A DNA stretch of 60,731 bases, taken from Candidatus Cloacimonadota bacterium (lineage in GTDB: Bacteria > Cloacimonadota > Cloacimonadia > Cloacimonadales > TCS61). The notes beneath the pieces were generated by a model. The model was not told where the DNA came from. It saw only the letters and a program-made list of their open reading frames with translations, and did no database searches. The stretch covers positions 1 through 60,731 of the forward strand of contig JABGOP010000006.1 in NCBI GenBank assembly GCA_018645365.1, in the 5' to 3' direction. Of this stretch, positions 9,001 through 20,819 are shown one piece after another (position 1 is the stretch's first letter; each line of letters opens with the position of its first letter). A program made the translations under genes and the position numbers.

Positions 9001-9246
9001 ATGACGATTTTAGAACTACGCAATTTTTTCGGTTGGTGTATTGTGGTTAATTTTGGTTTGCAATTGCTTGTTTTTTTGTTTGTTGCATTTGGTGGTAATT
9101 TTGTTTATAGAATTCACAGTAAATGGTTCAAGATTTCGAAGGAAAAATTTGATTCATCTATTTATTTGATGATGATGTTCTATAAAACCATGGTAATTAT
9201 TTTTAATGTAGTGCCGTATATTGCATTGACGATTATTGCCAAATAA
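9001..9246 (+). CDS. Small two-TM hypothetical membrane protein (DUF6868-like)
   Basis: Strong GGAGGT RBS; FFGWC..N, YRIHSKWF and FNVVPYIAL pattern. Confidence 0.7.
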   Translation: MTILELRNFFGWCIVVNFGLQLLVFLFVAFGGNFVYRIHSKWFKISKEKFDSSIYLMMMFYKTMVIIFNVVPYIALTIIAK

Positions 9247-9270
9247 TAATTTTTTATAAAGAGGGAAAAA

Positions 9271-10161
9271 TTAAAGTTTTTTCGCTATTTTACACGCCAA
9301 TTTGACATTGTTTTCTACCAATTTAATATTGGTTTTGAGCGATTTGCCTTGTGTTAATTCTACAATTTTGGCAAGTAGAAATGGCGTAACTGCTTGGCCA
9401 ATAATTCCATTTTTTTTAGCTTCTGTAGTTGCTTTTAAAATGAAAACTTCCATTTCGTCAAATGGTATTTCATCTTGTTTTGGAATTGGATTTGCCACAA
9501 GGATACTCATTTTCAAACCAAGTTTTTTGTTGATTTGGAAAATGTTAGCAATTTCAGATGCGGAATTTATTCGTTCAATATTTAGATTCGATTTTGCAGA
9601 ATAGAATGCTGGAAATTTGTCAGTTTGGAAGCCGTAAACGGGAACCCCGTAAGTTTCCAAAAATTCCAAAGTTTTAGGTAAATCTAAAATTGCTTTTGCG
9701 CCCGCCGAAACAACGACGATAGGTGTTTGCGAAAATTCGATCAAATCAGCAGAAATATCAAATGATTCTTCTGCAAATCTGTGAACGCCACCAACTCCAC
9801 CAGTTGCGAAAACATTTATGCCAGCGAGTTTTGCGACAATCATTGTGGCGGCAACTGTGGTGGCACCGATTTCTTTTTTGGCTAAATTTTTGGCAATATC
9901 TCGCCGAGATATTTTTTTCACATTTTTTGCAGTTGCCAAAATTTCTAATTCATCACTATTTAATCCCACCTTAATTTTGCCGTTCATTAAACATATTGTT
10001 GCCGGTACAACCCCATTTTCCAAAGCAATATTTTCCAAATTTTTGGCGACTTCAATGTTTTGTGGATAAGGCATTCCGTGAGATATAATGGTCGATTCGA
10101 GTGCAATGACTGGTTTATTATTTTGAATTGCGTTTGCTACTTTTTTATTAATTTGAAGCAT
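9271..10161 (-). CDS. psuG: Pseudouridine-5'-phosphate glycosidase
   Basis: ALESTIISHGMPYPQN, GATTVA, FATGGVGGVHR, DISADL, GAKAILD. Confidence 0.95.
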   Translation of the reverse strand: MLQINKKVANAIQNNKPVIALESTIISHGMPYPQNIEVAKNLENIALENGVVPATICLMNGKIKVGLNSDELEILATAKNVKKISRRDIAKNLAKKEIGATTVAATMIVAKLAGINVFATGGVGGVHRFAEESFDISADLIEFSQTPIVVVSAGAKAILDLPKTLEFLETYGVPVYGFQTDKFPAFYSAKSNLNIERINSASEIANIFQINKKLGLKMSILVANPIPKQDEIPFDEMEVFILKATTEAKKNGIIGQAVTPFLLAKIVELTQGKSLKTNIKLVENNVKLACKIAKKL

Positions 10162-10162
10162 T

Positions 10163-10567
10163 TTATTTTTCCTTTAAAAATTCGATTTTGAGTCGTTTTA
10201 CGCCGTGCGGAATCAATCCGATTTTTTTGGCTGCAGCGAAAGATAAATCCAAATCTCGACCTTTTATGAATGGTCCGCGATCGTTGATGCGAACGACAAC
10301 GGATTTTCCATTATCTTCATTTGTGACGCGCAGTTTAGTGTTAAAGAGCAATGTTTTGTGAGCTGCTGTAAACTTATACATATCAAAAGTTTCGCCATTT
10401 GAAGTAGTGCGTCCGTGAAACTTATCAGCGTAAAATGAGCAAACAAAATGAGTTGTTTTTGTTGTTGAAAATTGCCCGTGTTTACCAGATTTTTCAGCAC
10501 CATTTGTCAGATAAATCGCATGTGGTGAACATGCTGTTAAACACAATAAAATAATTAAAAATTTCAT
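10163..10567 (-). CDS. rlpA: RlpA-family lytic transglycosylase lipoprotein
   Basis: Lipobox LTAC; [29 protein letters not shown]. Start moved to the ATG with a GAGG RBS. Confidence 0.9.
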   Translation of the reverse strand: MKFLIILLCLTACSPHAIYLTNGAEKSGKHGQFSTTKTTHFVCSFYADKFHGRTTSNGETFDMYKFTAAHKTLLFNTKLRVTNEDNGKSVVVRINDRGPFIKGRDLDLSFAAAKKIGLIPHGVKRLKIEFLKEK

Positions 10568-10697
10568 CAGTAACCTCTTCAAAATTAATCTCGTATCAAA
10601 ATTGCATTTAATTCTATTTTTGTCTATAAAATTTTTCCAGTTGACAAAATTACTGCGAAATTCAGTCTCACACAAAAAGTTTAATGGGAAATTAATT

Positions 10698-11816
10698 ATG
10701 ACAAAAACATTGGTTGATTATTTTGTTTCGCTCGTGAAAATTGATAGCGAATCGAAGAATGAAAAAGAGATTGCATTAAAGCTTGCGGAAGATTTAAAAA
10801 ATCTTGGAGGCGAAGTTAGATTTGATGATGCCAACAAAAAAACAGGTGGAAATGTCGGTAATTTGTACGCTTACTTTCCTGGAAATATTGCCAAAGAACC
10901 CATCTTATTTTGTGCACATCTCGACACTGTGATACCAGGAAATGGCGTTAATCCACAGATTTTAGAAGACAGAATAACTTCTGATGGAACCACAATTCTT
11001 GGAGCAGATGATAAATCTGGTATTGCCCAAATAATTTGGGCGATAAAAGAGTTAAAAAATACCAAAACAGCACCGATTGAAGTACTTTTTACTATTTCGG
11101 AAGAAATTGGACTTTTGGGAGCAAAATACCTTGATTATTCGATGATAAAATCTAAAATTGGTTTTGCTCTCGATACCCATAAAGTTGGTGCAGTTGTGAT
11201 TGGTGCACCCTTTCAAAATTCGATGAAATTCACTATTCATGGTAAAGAAGCTCACGCTGGTTCTTCCCCTGAATATGGTGTTAACGCCATCAAGATTGCG
11301 GCGGAAGCGATTTCCAAAATGCCGTCTGGTAGAATTGATAATGAAACGACTTGCAATATTGGTTTGATTAGTGGTGGCGATGCAACCAATATCGTGCCGA
11401 ACAAAGTGGTAATTGAGGCAGAATCCCGCAGTCACGATAAAAAGAAATTAATGGAAATTTCAAATAAGATGAAAAATGCAGTTTTGAGTGCTGTTCAAAA
11501 TTATAAACTTGGTGATTTTTCGGCAAGTGTGGAAGTAGAAATTGAAGAGGAGTATCAGGCTTTTCGCGTTGATGAAAATGCGGAAATTGTTAAACTTGGA
11601 CAAAATGCTGCCCAAAAAATGGACTTAAATTCTTACACGATTATCGGTGGCGGCGGTAGTGATGTCAATATTTTCAATCAAAATGGTCTGCAGATGGTAA
11701 TCGTTGGAACGGGAATGGATGCAGTTCACACGGTGAAGGAATTTATCAAAATTAATGAACTCAAAGCTGGTGCAGAATGGGTGAGAAACGCCATTTTGCT
11801 GTATTCGGAGATTTGA
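10698..11816 (+). CDS. M20 family peptidase (peptidase T-like)
   Basis: AHLDTV, GADDKSG, SEEIGL, GGGSD, AVHT metal-binding motifs. Confidence 0.9.
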   Translation: MTKTLVDYFVSLVKIDSESKNEKEIALKLAEDLKNLGGEVRFDDANKKTGGNVGNLYAYFPGNIAKEPILFCAHLDTVIPGNGVNPQILEDRITSDGTTILGADDKSGIAQIIWAIKELKNTKTAPIEVLFTISEEIGLLGAKYLDYSMIKSKIGFALDTHKVGAVVIGAPFQNSMKFTIHGKEAHAGSSPEYGVNAIKIAAEAISKMPSGRIDNETTCNIGLISGGDATNIVPNKVVIEAESRSHDKKKLMEISNKMKNAVLSAVQNYKLGDFSASVEVEIEEEYQAFRVDENAEIVKLGQNAAQKMDLNSYTIIGGGGSDVNIFNQNGLQMVIVGTGMDAVHTVKEFIKINELKAGAEWVRNAILLYSEI

Positions 11817-12577
11817 TGTTTTTTGTTAAAATGCAAGCACAAGGTAATGATTATTTGTATTTTAATTTTTTGGAGAATGAATTACCTAAAATAGACTTTT
11901 CAGAACTTGCAAAAAATATTTGTAATCGAAAACTTGGTGTTGGAGCAGATGGAATTGTGATGATTTGTAAAGATTTACAGCACGATGCTCTGATGCGAAT
12001 TTTCAATGCAAATGGTTCGGAAGCGGAAATGTGTGGTTCAGCATTGCGTTGTGTAACTCACATTTTAGCGAAGAAAAAAGGTCAAAATAAAATTTTTGTA
12101 AACACAAAATCAGGCGTGAAAATTGGTGAAGTTTTGAAGAATTTGCAAATTAAAGTAAATATGGGGGTTCCAAAATTTATCGATGAAAATGTGAATGTTT
12201 TGAATTTTGGAGGTCAAGTTGTATCGGTTGGCAATCCACATTTTGTGACTTTTGTGGAAAATTTAGAACCAAATTTTGCTCAAAACTTTGGAGCAAAAAT
12301 CGAGGCAAAATTTACGCATGGAATTAATGTGCAATTTGTCAAAATTGTTTCTAAAAATAAAGTAAAAATTCAAATTTGGGAGCGTGGAAGTGGTGTGACT
12401 TTAGCTTGTGGAACTGGTGCGATTGCTGCCGTTTTTGCAGCAAAAAAACAACTTTCAAATCTGGTGGAAGTAGAGATGCCAGGTGGAATTGTGAAAGTTG
12501 AATTCAAAGGTGAAGAAATGTTTTTAATCGGCGAAGTAAATTGTGTTTTCGAGGGAAAATGGAACTTAGAAAAATAG
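11816..12577 (+). CDS. dapF: Diaminopimelate epimerase
   Basis: GNDY, GADG, AEMCG, GNPH, ERGSGVTLACGTG. Confidence 0.93.
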   Translation: MFFVKMQAQGNDYLYFNFLENELPKIDFSELAKNICNRKLGVGADGIVMICKDLQHDALMRIFNANGSEAEMCGSALRCVTHILAKKKGQNKIFVNTKSGVKIGEVLKNLQIKVNMGVPKFIDENVNVLNFGGQVVSVGNPHFVTFVENLEPNFAQNFGAKIEAKFTHGINVQFVKIVSKNKVKIQIWERGSGVTLACGTGAIAAVFAAKKQLSNLVEVEMPGGIVKVEFKGEEMFLIGEVNCVFEGKWNLEK

Positions 12578-12900
12578 CGATTTTATTACTTCTATTTTTG
12601 ATGTGCGGATTGCTATTTTCTGAAACCATAAAAAAAACGGAATGGTTGGGCAAAGATAAAGTGATGCACGCTACAGCGAGTGCGTTTATTACCTGCTGGA
12701 ATTATGGTGTTAGTCGCGATATTTTAGAAAATTCGCACAAAAATAGCGTCTATTTTTCGATTAGTTTGACGACATTATTCGGAGCTGGAAAGGAATTTAG
12801 CGACAAAAAAAATAAGAAAACAAAGTGGAGTTGGCAAGATTTTACTTACGATTTAGTAGGGATTTCTTGCGGCCTAATTTTAATAAATAATTTGAGGTAA
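12559..12900 (+). CDS. YfiM-like small membrane/exported protein
   Basis: Signal peptide; W.G.DK..H, GAGKE, WSWQD motifs. Confidence 0.65.
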   Translation: MELRKIAILLLLFLMCGLLFSETIKKTEWLGKDKVMHATASAFITCWNYGVSRDILENSHKNSVYFSISLTTLFGAGKEFSDKKNKKTKWSWQDFTYDLVGISCGLILINNLR

Positions 12901-12902
12901 AA

Positions 12903-13499
12903 ATGGAAAAAATTAACACAATTGGCGAACTTTTGAAATCGGAGAGATTGAAAGCTGGAACTTCGCTGGCAGAAGTTGCAAATTTCACAAAAATCAAGGT
13001 GCGACTACTCGAAGAAATCGAAGATAATATTTTTGAAAATTTGGGTGGAAGTGGTTATGCAAAAGCGATGATGATGAATTATGCGCGTTTTTTGAAACTA
13101 GAAAATAAGAAAATTCTGCCACTTATCAATCAAACCTTAAATTTAAAAACTGGCTACCAGCGACACGATTTGTCGATTCAACCGAAAAAAGTGGTGTTAC
13201 CGGGCAATATTCTTTCGATAATTTTGCTCGTATTTGTGGTACTCACACTCACTATTTTCATCTCATTTCTTTTCAAATCTGGCACATTGAGTTGGCCACC
13301 TTTTCAAGAAGAGAGGGACCAAATTAAAATTAAGACAATTGAACCAAAACCTTTGTCCGAAAACTCAAAATTAGAACAGCTGAAAAGTGATGAAAATAAA
13401 GTTGTGGAAAATACTGGAATTAATGAAAAAATATTTGAAGATTCTATTAATTATATGAAAAAATTTCTCAAAACAGATGCACTAAAGTACGATGAATAA
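12903..13499 (+). CDS. RodZ-like HTH membrane protein
   Basis: N-terminal XRE-like HTH (IGELLKSER...LEEIE...YARFL) plus one TM segment. Confidence 0.75.
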   Translation: MEKINTIGELLKSERLKAGTSLAEVANFTKIKVRLLEEIEDNIFENLGGSGYAKAMMMNYARFLKLENKKILPLINQTLNLKTGYQRHDLSIQPKKVVLPGNILSIILLVFVVLTLTIFISFLFKSGTLSWPPFQEERDQIKIKTIEPKPLSENSKLEQLKSDENKVVENTGINEKIFEDSINYMKKFLKTDALKYDE

Positions 13500-15952
13500 T
13501 GATGTTTAGACAGGTTGAATTTCAGCATATTTTGGCGTCCATTCGTAAACCTGCACGCTATACAAATCACGAGTTGAATAGTTTTCAGAAAATTCCAACT
13601 GCGAAAACAGTTAATTTTTGTCTCATTTTTCCAGATGTTTATGAAGTTGGATTTTCCCATTTGGGTCTCAAGATTTTGTATTCTATTTTGAATAATTGTG
13701 CAGATGCAGTCGCCGACCGTGCTTATTTACCTTGGGTAGATTTTGCGGAAAAATTACAGGCGGAAAATTTGCCACTTTTTGGAATTGAAAGCAAAATTGC
13801 CTTAAAATCGTTTGATGTTGTCGGTTTTACACTTCAGTCTGAATTGACATTTACGAATGTTCTTTACGCACTAGAACTTGCTCAAATCCCTATTTTTGCG
13901 AAAGATAGAAACGATGAGCCGCTCATAATTGGAGGTGGGCCTTCTGTTTCCAATCCACTTCCGCTTGCCGATTTTTTTGATGCAATTTTAATTGGTGATG
14001 GTGAAGATGCAATTTTAGAGATTAAAGATGCGGTAAAATTAACGAAAAATCTTTCACGTATTGAAAAATTGCAAAAATTGAGTGAAATTGAAGGACTTTT
14101 TGTACCACAAATTCACGATCCCAAAATTGACACCATTTCAGTACGAAAATTTATGGATTTTAATAATCCCGAAAAAATGCACAATAATCAGTTAATTCCA
14201 TGGATTCAGCCAACTCACGATCGCTATGTAACCGAGATTATGCGTGGTTGCACCCGTGGTTGTCGTTTTTGTCACGCTGGTATGTTCTATCGTCCAACGC
14301 GTGAACGCGACCCCAAGCTTATTGTCGATAAAATTGTGGAAGAAGTAACTAATTTTGGTTGGGAAGAGGCAGCGCTGACTTCGCTTTCATCGAGCGACTA
14401 CACTTGTATAAAACCTGTTATTCTAGAACTTTACAGCCGTTTAAAAGAAAATAATGCTACTCTTTCGTTGCCGTCACTTCGAGTTGATAGTATAGATGAA
14501 GATTTGACCAAGCTACTCAACGCAATGCGACAAACCGGTCTTACGATTGCACCAGAGGCTGGTAGCCAAAGATTACGTGATATAATCAACAAAAATATCA
14601 GCGAAAAAGAGATTATGGATGGTGTTCAAATTGCTTTTCAAAATGGTTGGAAAACCATTAAATTGTATTTTATGATTGGACTTCCATTTGAAGAAGAAAA
14701 TGACATCGATGCGGTTGGTAAACTCATTCAAAAAATCGTCGATTTTGTTGGCAAAAAGATTAAAATAAATGTGACAATATCTCCGTTTGTCCCAAAACCT
14801 TTTACGCCTTTTCAATGGGCAAAAATGGACGACCGTGGTGCACTGTTACGCAAAGCGAATAAGATAAAAAGTTCGTTCAAAAATGTGAGATCAGTGAAAA
14901 TTAAATATCACACAATTGAGAATTCACTTTTAGAAACTGTACTTTGTCGGGGCGATCGCAAAGTTGGAAAATTAATTTATAGAGCCTACAAAAATGGAGC
15001 AAAATTTGATGGCTGGAATGAATTTTTTGATTTTTCTTTTTGGCGAAAAGCAGCAGATGAATGCGAAATAAATTTTGCTGATTATCTGAAATTTATTGAG
15101 CCAACCACAGAATTATTTTGGGATTTTATCGATTTAAAAATTTCTAAAAAATTTCTTCTCGAAGAGTGGAGAAACGCCGAAAATATTGTGTTAATTGGAG
15201 ATTGTCGCACCGAAAAATGTACTCTTTGTGGTGTTTGCGAGAAAGAAACTCAACCACTTTTTGCAGAAAAGATTGAGTTGCCAAAATTAAATTTGGTACC
15301 CCGCAAAAAATATGGTACGGGGAATTTCTATTACCGTGTATTTTACGCAAAAAAAGGCGATATGCAGTTTGTGGCACACCTCGATATGTTGCGAATGGTG
15401 ATTCGGTTTTTACGCGTTTCAAAGCTACCAATTGCCTATTCCGAAGGATTCAATCCACATCCGAAAATTAGTTTTGGACCCCCTCTCTCAACCGGTGTTC
15501 AAGGCGAGAATGAATATTTTGATTTTGCTCTTTCAGAACCAATTGCAGTGGAAAAAGTAATGACTATTTTAGCAGAAAAATTACCGAAAATAATGGCATT
15601 CAAAGAAGTGATTTCGGTTCCTACAAAAGAGATGCGTGCGATGGAATTTTATCCATTTGAAAAAATAACGGTAACACCTCCAACCGATTTATCCGAGATT
15701 TTCAAAATGAAAACAGAACAATTTCAAAATACTGAAAAATGGGAATTTAGCCGTGTTCGCAAAGGCAAAGAGAAAAAAGGTGATTTAAAAAAAATAGTGA
15801 AAAACATTGTTTGGCAAAATTGCAGATTAACGATAATGAAGGTTCGTGTCGGTGCTGGAATTTATGATGTGATAAACGCGATTTACGGAATTGAACGCGA
15901 TAGCACAATCAATTTCAAAATTGTGCGTGATAAGTTGTTGCGGGAAATTTGA
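13499..15952 (+). CDS. B12-binding-type radical SAM protein (TIGR03960-like) fused to radical-SAM-linked domain (TIGR03936/DUF2344-like)
   Basis: KPARY, FPDVYEVG, RGCTRGCRFC, APEAGSQRLR; C-terminal HLD...YSEGFNPHPKISF. Confidence 0.9.
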   Translation: MMFRQVEFQHILASIRKPARYTNHELNSFQKIPTAKTVNFCLIFPDVYEVGFSHLGLKILYSILNNCADAVADRAYLPWVDFAEKLQAENLPLFGIESKIALKSFDVVGFTLQSELTFTNVLYALELAQIPIFAKDRNDEPLIIGGGPSVSNPLPLADFFDAILIGDGEDAILEIKDAVKLTKNLSRIEKLQKLSEIEGLFVPQIHDPKIDTISVRKFMDFNNPEKMHNNQLIPWIQPTHDRYVTEIMRGCTRGCRFCHAGMFYRPTRERDPKLIVDKIVEEVTNFGWEEAALTSLSSSDYTCIKPVILELYSRLKENNATLSLPSLRVDSIDEDLTKLLNAMRQTGLTIAPEAGSQRLRDIINKNISEKEIMDGVQIAFQNGWKTIKLYFMIGLPFEEENDIDAVGKLIQKIVDFVGKKIKINVTISPFVPKPFTPFQWAKMDDRGALLRKANKIKSSFKNVRSVKIKYHTIENSLLETVLCRGDRKVGKLIYRAYKNGAKFDGWNEFFDFSFWRKAADECEINFADYLKFIEPTTELFWDFIDLKISKKFLLEEWRNAENIVLIGDCRTEKCTLCGVCEKETQPLFAEKIELPKLNLVPRKKYGTGNFYYRVFYAKKGDMQFVAHLDMLRMVIRFLRVSKLPIAYSEGFNPHPKISFGPPLSTGVQGENEYFDFALSEPIAVEKVMTILAEKLPKIMAFKEVISVPTKEMRAMEFYPFEKITVTPPTDLSEIFKMKTEQFQNTEKWEFSRVRKGKEKKGDLKKIVKNIVWQNCRLTIMKVRVGAGIYDVINAIYGIERDSTINFKIVRDKLLREI

Positions 15953-16035
15953 AAAACTAATTTTAAAACACCTATTTTTCGATTGACATCACAACTATTT
16001 TTTCTTTTTTGCAAAAAATAAGAATGGGGGATGTG

Positions 16036-17463
16036 ATGAGTAACCAAATTAGAGTTCGTTTCGCACCGAGTCCAACTGGATATTTGCATGTTGGCGGATT
16101 GCGAACTGCATTATATAATTATCTTTACGCCAAAAAAGTTGGCGGAAAATTTATTTTGAGAATCGAAGATACCGATCAAACGCGCTATGTAGAAGGTGCA
16201 GTTGAAAATTTGATAAATTCCTTGAAAATTGTTGGTTTAGAATTTGATGAAGGTCCAAAAGTTGAAGGTGATTTTGGTCCGTATTTCCAATCCGAAAGAA
16301 CTGAAATTTACAAACAACACATTGATGAATTACTCGGGAAAAATGCCGCATATCGTTGTTTTTGCACTTCCGAAAATTTAGATAAAATGCGTACCGAACA
16401 AAAAGCAAAAGGACTTGATACGCGTTATGATGGGCGTTGTCGCCATCTTTCAAAAGAAAAAATTGAGCAAAAAATTACAAATGGCGAAAAATTTGTAGTG
16501 CGACTCAAAGTTCCGCAAGAAGGTGAAATTACTTTTTACGATGTTGTGCGTGATAAAATTACCTTTCCGTGGGAGATGGTGGATGACCAAGTTTTGATGA
16601 AATCGGATGGTTTTCCAACTTATCATTTGGCGAATGTTATTGATGATCACTTGATGGAAATTTCTCATATTATTCGTGGTGAAGAATGGCTTTCGAGCGT
16701 TCCGAAACATCTGTTTTTATACGAACAATTTGGTTGGAAACCGCCTAAAATGGCACATCTTCCGCTTTTGTTAAACTCCGACAAAAGTAAGTTGAGTAAA
16801 CGTCAAGGTGATGTTGCAGTGGAAGATTATTTGGCGAAAGGTTTTTTGCCCGAAACACTCATCAACTTTGTGGCCTTGCTCGGTTGGCATGCGTCTGGTG
16901 ATCGCGAAATTTTTGCTTTGAAGGAACTCGAAAAAGAATTTTCGTTAAAACGCGTTAATAAAGCTGGTGCAGTTTTTGATATTGATAAATTAAAATGGAT
17001 GAATGGTCAATATTTACGCACCTTAGAGTTGAATTACATCGTCAAAAAAGCAATCCCATTTTTAGATAATTTTACACTTCCCGCAGATGATAAATTGCGG
17101 AAAATTGTTGATTTTGGTAGAAATCGTGTTTCTACCCTTGCTGAAATTGAAAATGTGGTTAAACCATTTTTCAGTTTGCCAAAATTTGATGATGAAGCGA
17201 AAGAAATTATTGCTAAAGGGCAGAATTTATTCAAGTTTTGGGTGGAAAATTTAGAGCAATTAGACCAAATTCGAGTTGAAGATGTGAATAATCTTCTCAA
17301 AGAAAGTACCAAAAAAGTGGGCGTAAAAGGGAAAAATCTCTATTTTCCACTTCGTTTGGTGCTTTTCGGTAGCGTACACGGCCCCGAATTACCAGAGATA
17401 TTTGAGATATTAGGAAAAATAGAAATTCTAACAAGATTCAAAAATGTAATCGGTAATGTTTGA
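16036..17463 (+). CDS. gltX: Glutamate--tRNA ligase
   Basis: RFAPSPTGYLHVG, RIEDTD, RGEEW, KLSKR. Confidence 0.97.
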   Translation: MSNQIRVRFAPSPTGYLHVGGLRTALYNYLYAKKVGGKFILRIEDTDQTRYVEGAVENLINSLKIVGLEFDEGPKVEGDFGPYFQSERTEIYKQHIDELLGKNAAYRCFCTSENLDKMRTEQKAKGLDTRYDGRCRHLSKEKIEQKITNGEKFVVRLKVPQEGEITFYDVVRDKITFPWEMVDDQVLMKSDGFPTYHLANVIDDHLMEISHIIRGEEWLSSVPKHLFLYEQFGWKPPKMAHLPLLLNSDKSKLSKRQGDVAVEDYLAKGFLPETLINFVALLGWHASGDREIFALKELEKEFSLKRVNKAGAVFDIDKLKWMNGQYLRTLELNYIVKKAIPFLDNFTLPADDKLRKIVDFGRNRVSTLAEIENVVKPFFSLPKFDDEAKEIIAKGQNLFKFWVENLEQLDQIRVEDVNNLLKESTKKVGVKGKNLYFPLRLVLFGSVHGPELPEIFEILGKIEILTRFKNVIGNV

Positions 17464-18565
17464 GAAAATTAAAGGTCAAAACAAAGCAATATCACTGCTA
17501 AAACGAGCTGTTGAAAGCGGTAAAATTGCTAATAGTTATCTATTTTATGGACCAGCTGGAGTTGGTAAATTTACGACTGCACTCTACTTTGGTATGATGA
17601 TAAATTGTAGTGCTGCACACGATAAAAGACCATGTGGATACTGTTCGTCATGTAGTAAATTTCGTAATTTTTCACACCCTGATTTTTTATTTACATTTCC
17701 CACTCCAAAATTAGACATTTCGCTTGACGGTGAGATAAAATCTGCTAAAATTTTGGAAGAATATAAAGATTACATCAAAAATAAAATTGAAAACCCGTGG
17801 AAAAAATTCTATTTTTCCCAAAATATCGAAATCCGTATTGATAGCATCAGAATGCTGGAACATCGTATCAATCTTTCACCGAATGAAGGAACGAAGAAAA
17901 TTTACATCGTGGAGCACGCTGAAATGTTAAATGAAAAGACCGCAAATGCTTTTTTGAAAACATTGGAAGAACCGCCGCACGATACAGTGATTATTCTTAC
18001 CACTTCTAAATTAAATGCACTTTTACCGACGATTATTTCGCGTTGTCAACAAATAAAATTTTATCCAATTTCCCAAAAATTGATTGAAGAAGAACTGAAA
18101 AATCAACGCTATTTGGAAGATACCGAAGCAAAAATATTTGCACGAATTGCCAATGGAAATATGGAAAAAGCATTGGTGTTAGCGGAAGAAGACTCTTCGG
18201 AAGTGCGTCAGAATGTATTGATTTTTTTGCAGATTGTCATTTCCCAAAATGATGCTAAATTCATTGAATTTTCAGCAAATTTCAAAGGTTCAAAAAATAT
18301 ATTACAAGAATTAATTTCACACCTAATAATTTGGATTTCGGATATTGCATATTTACAAAATTATCCCGAAAACATAATAAATATTGATAGTTTAGAAATG
18401 GTTAAGCAACTTTTCATGAAAAACCCAAAAGTAGAAAATTATGCTTTTGAGATGATTGAATTTTTGGAAAATATGCAACATAAATTAGCGCGTCATGTAA
18501 ATGCACAATTAATTTTAATTGAAATTTACAATGAATTTAGTAAAATTTTTGGAGGAATACATTGA
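17456..18565 (+). CDS. holB: DNA polymerase III delta' subunit
   Basis: [11 protein letters not shown], Zn-cluster [29 protein letters not shown]. Confidence 0.92.
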   Translation: MFEKIKGQNKAISLLKRAVESGKIANSYLFYGPAGVGKFTTALYFGMMINCSAAHDKRPCGYCSSCSKFRNFSHPDFLFTFPTPKLDISLDGEIKSAKILEEYKDYIKNKIENPWKKFYFSQNIEIRIDSIRMLEHRINLSPNEGTKKIYIVEHAEMLNEKTANAFLKTLEEPPHDTVIILTTSKLNALLPTIISRCQQIKFYPISQKLIEEELKNQRYLEDTEAKIFARIANGNMEKALVLAEEDSSEVRQNVLIFLQIVISQNDAKFIEFSANFKGSKNILQELISHLIIWISDIAYLQNYPENIINIDSLEMVKQLFMKNPKVENYAFEMIEFLENMQHKLARHVNAQLILIEIYNEFSKIFGGIH

Positions 18566-20235
18566 TGGAACATTTTGAAAAATCAAATTTTATTCGCGAT
18601 ATAATCGACGAACACAACAAAACTGGTAAATTCGGAGGACGCGTTCACACTAGGTTTCCGCCCGAACCAAACGGATTTTTACACATCGGTCACGCTAAGG
18701 CTATTTGTTTAAGTTTTGGAATTGCAAAGGATTACGATGGACTTTGTAACCTTCGATTTGATGATACAAATCCAGTAAAAGAAGATGAAAAATTTGTAAA
18801 TTCGATTCAGAAAGATATTAAATGGCTCGGTTTCGATTGGGGAGAGCGTCTTTTTTTTGCGTCCGATTATTTTGGCAAAATGTACGATTATGCGATTCAG
18901 CTCATAAAAGCAAAAAAAGCGTATGTCGATAGTCAGACATCCGAAGAAATTCGCAAAAATAGAGGAACCGTGAAATCTGCTGGAATTGAAAGTCCATTTA
19001 GAAATCGATTAGTTTTAGAAAATTTAGAACTTTTTGAAAAAATGAAAAATGGCGAATTTGCGGAAGGAACGCACGTTTTGCGTGCTAAAATTGACATGTC
19101 ATCGCCAAATATGTTGATGCGTGATCCACTGATGTATCGCATCAAAAAAGAGAAACATCACCGTACTGGCGATAAATGGAGCATCTACCCAATGTATGAT
19201 TTTGCACATTGCCTAGAAGATTCAATGGAGGGAATTACGCATTCACTTTGTTCCATAGAATTTGAAAATAATCGTCCACTTTACGATTGGTTTCTCGATA
19301 ATTTACAAATCTACCACTCGCAACAAATCGAATTTGCCCGTCTGAATTTGAATTACACTGTAATGAGCAAACGCATTTTGTCGCAACTGGTGGAAGATGG
19401 GCTTGTTTCTGGCTGGGATGATCCGCGACTTCCTACTATTTCTGGTTTGAGAAGACGAGGTTATACTCCAAAATCTATTCGTGATTTTTGTGATGCAATT
19501 GGTATGGCGAAGCGTGAAAGTGTGGTCGACATTTCTCTCTTGGAATACACTATTCGTCATGATTTGAATGTTCGTGCTGAACGCAGAATGGCAGTTTTAA
19601 ATCCCCTCAAAGTTATCATCGACAACTATCCAGAAAACCAATTTGAACTACTCGATGCCGTTAATAATCCAGAAGATGAATCTGCTGGAAAGCGTCAAAT
19701 TCCATTTTCAAAAGTGTTGTATATTGAACGCGAAGATTTTATGGAAGATGCACCCAAAAAATTTTTCAGGCTTGCTCCTGGTCGTGAAGTGCGACTTCGA
19801 TATGCTTATTTTATTAAATGTGAAAGTGTTGTGAAAGATGAAAATGGCGAGATTATTGCACTTCATTGTACTTACGATTCAGCTACAAAAGGAGGTAAGT
19901 CGCCAGATGGACGCAAAGTGAAAGCGACTTTGCATTGGGTTTCAGCACAGCATGCAATCGACGCGGAAGTTCGTTTGTACGACCGACTTTTTACGGTCGA
20001 AAATCCACTTTCAGCAGATGGTGATTATCGTGATTATATCAACCCAAATTCAGTTGAAATTCTGCAAAATTGCAAACTTGAGCCGAGTTTACAAAATGCT
20101 AAAATTGGCGAATTTTACCAATTTGAAAGAAAAGGTTATTTTTGTGTTGATGATGAAAAAAGACTAATTTTCAATCGCACGGTTACGCTCCGCGATAGTT
20201 GGGCAAAACTACAAAAAAAAGGGAATAAAAAATGA
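18562..20235 (+). CDS. glnS: Glutamine--tRNA ligase
   Basis: [34 protein letters not shown]/YQFERxGYF-type tail. Confidence 0.97.
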   Translation: MMEHFEKSNFIRDIIDEHNKTGKFGGRVHTRFPPEPNGFLHIGHAKAICLSFGIAKDYDGLCNLRFDDTNPVKEDEKFVNSIQKDIKWLGFDWGERLFFASDYFGKMYDYAIQLIKAKKAYVDSQTSEEIRKNRGTVKSAGIESPFRNRLVLENLELFEKMKNGEFAEGTHVLRAKIDMSSPNMLMRDPLMYRIKKEKHHRTGDKWSIYPMYDFAHCLEDSMEGITHSLCSIEFENNRPLYDWFLDNLQIYHSQQIEFARLNLNYTVMSKRILSQLVEDGLVSGWDDPRLPTISGLRRRGYTPKSIRDFCDAIGMAKRESVVDISLLEYTIRHDLNVRAERRMAVLNPLKVIIDNYPENQFELLDAVNNPEDESAGKRQIPFSKVLYIEREDFMEDAPKKFFRLAPGREVRLRYAYFIKCESVVKDENGEIIALHCTYDSATKGGKSPDGRKVKATLHWVSAQHAIDAEVRLYDRLFTVENPLSADGDYRDYINPNSVEILQNCKLEPSLQNAKIGEFYQFERKGYFCVDDEKRLIFNRTVTLRDSWAKLQKKGNKK

Positions 20236-20795
20236 GGTATTTCAAGAAAATAATTGGTGAAAAATGCTATCTTTCTCCCATTAATATTGAAGATGCAGAA
20301 AAATACACCGAATGGCTAAATGACTTTGAGATTGCGAAATATCTACTTCTATATCGTCAGCAAATTACGATGACAAAAGAGAAAGAAATATTAGCCAAAA
20401 TGTCCGAAAAGGGCGATTTCATTTTCGCTATTATCGATAAAAAAACGGATAAATTAATTGGGAATTGCGGATTTCATAACATTAATGCGGTAAATCAAAG
20501 AGCTGAATTCGGTATTTTTATTGGTGATAAAAATTGTCAGAATAAAGGTTTTGGAACGGAAGCAGGCAAGTTGCTTTTGGATTTTGGATTTAATATTTTG
20601 AATTTAAACAACATTTTACTCGAAGTTTACAGTTTTAACGAAAGGGCGATAAAAGCTTATGAAAAGATGGGTTTCAAACACATTGGTAAACAGCGTGAAG
20701 CCAAAATTATGACTGGTAAGAAATACGATAAAATTTTTATGGACATGTTGGCAACTGAATTTCGGGAAAAGAATGATTCAAAATTGAAGATTTAA
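20232..20795 (+). CDS. GNAT family N-acetyltransferase (RimL/SpeG-like)
   Basis: [27 protein letters not shown]. Confidence 0.88.
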   Translation: MRYFKKIIGEKCYLSPINIEDAEKYTEWLNDFEIAKYLLLYRQQITMTKEKEILAKMSEKGDFIFAIIDKKTDKLIGNCGFHNINAVNQRAEFGIFIGDKNCQNKGFGTEAGKLLLDFGFNILNLNNILLEVYSFNERAIKAYEKMGFKHIGKQREAKIMTGKKYDKIFMDMLATEFREKNDSKLKI

Positions 20796-20819
20796 AATCA
20801 AGAGACAGAGGATGAAATT

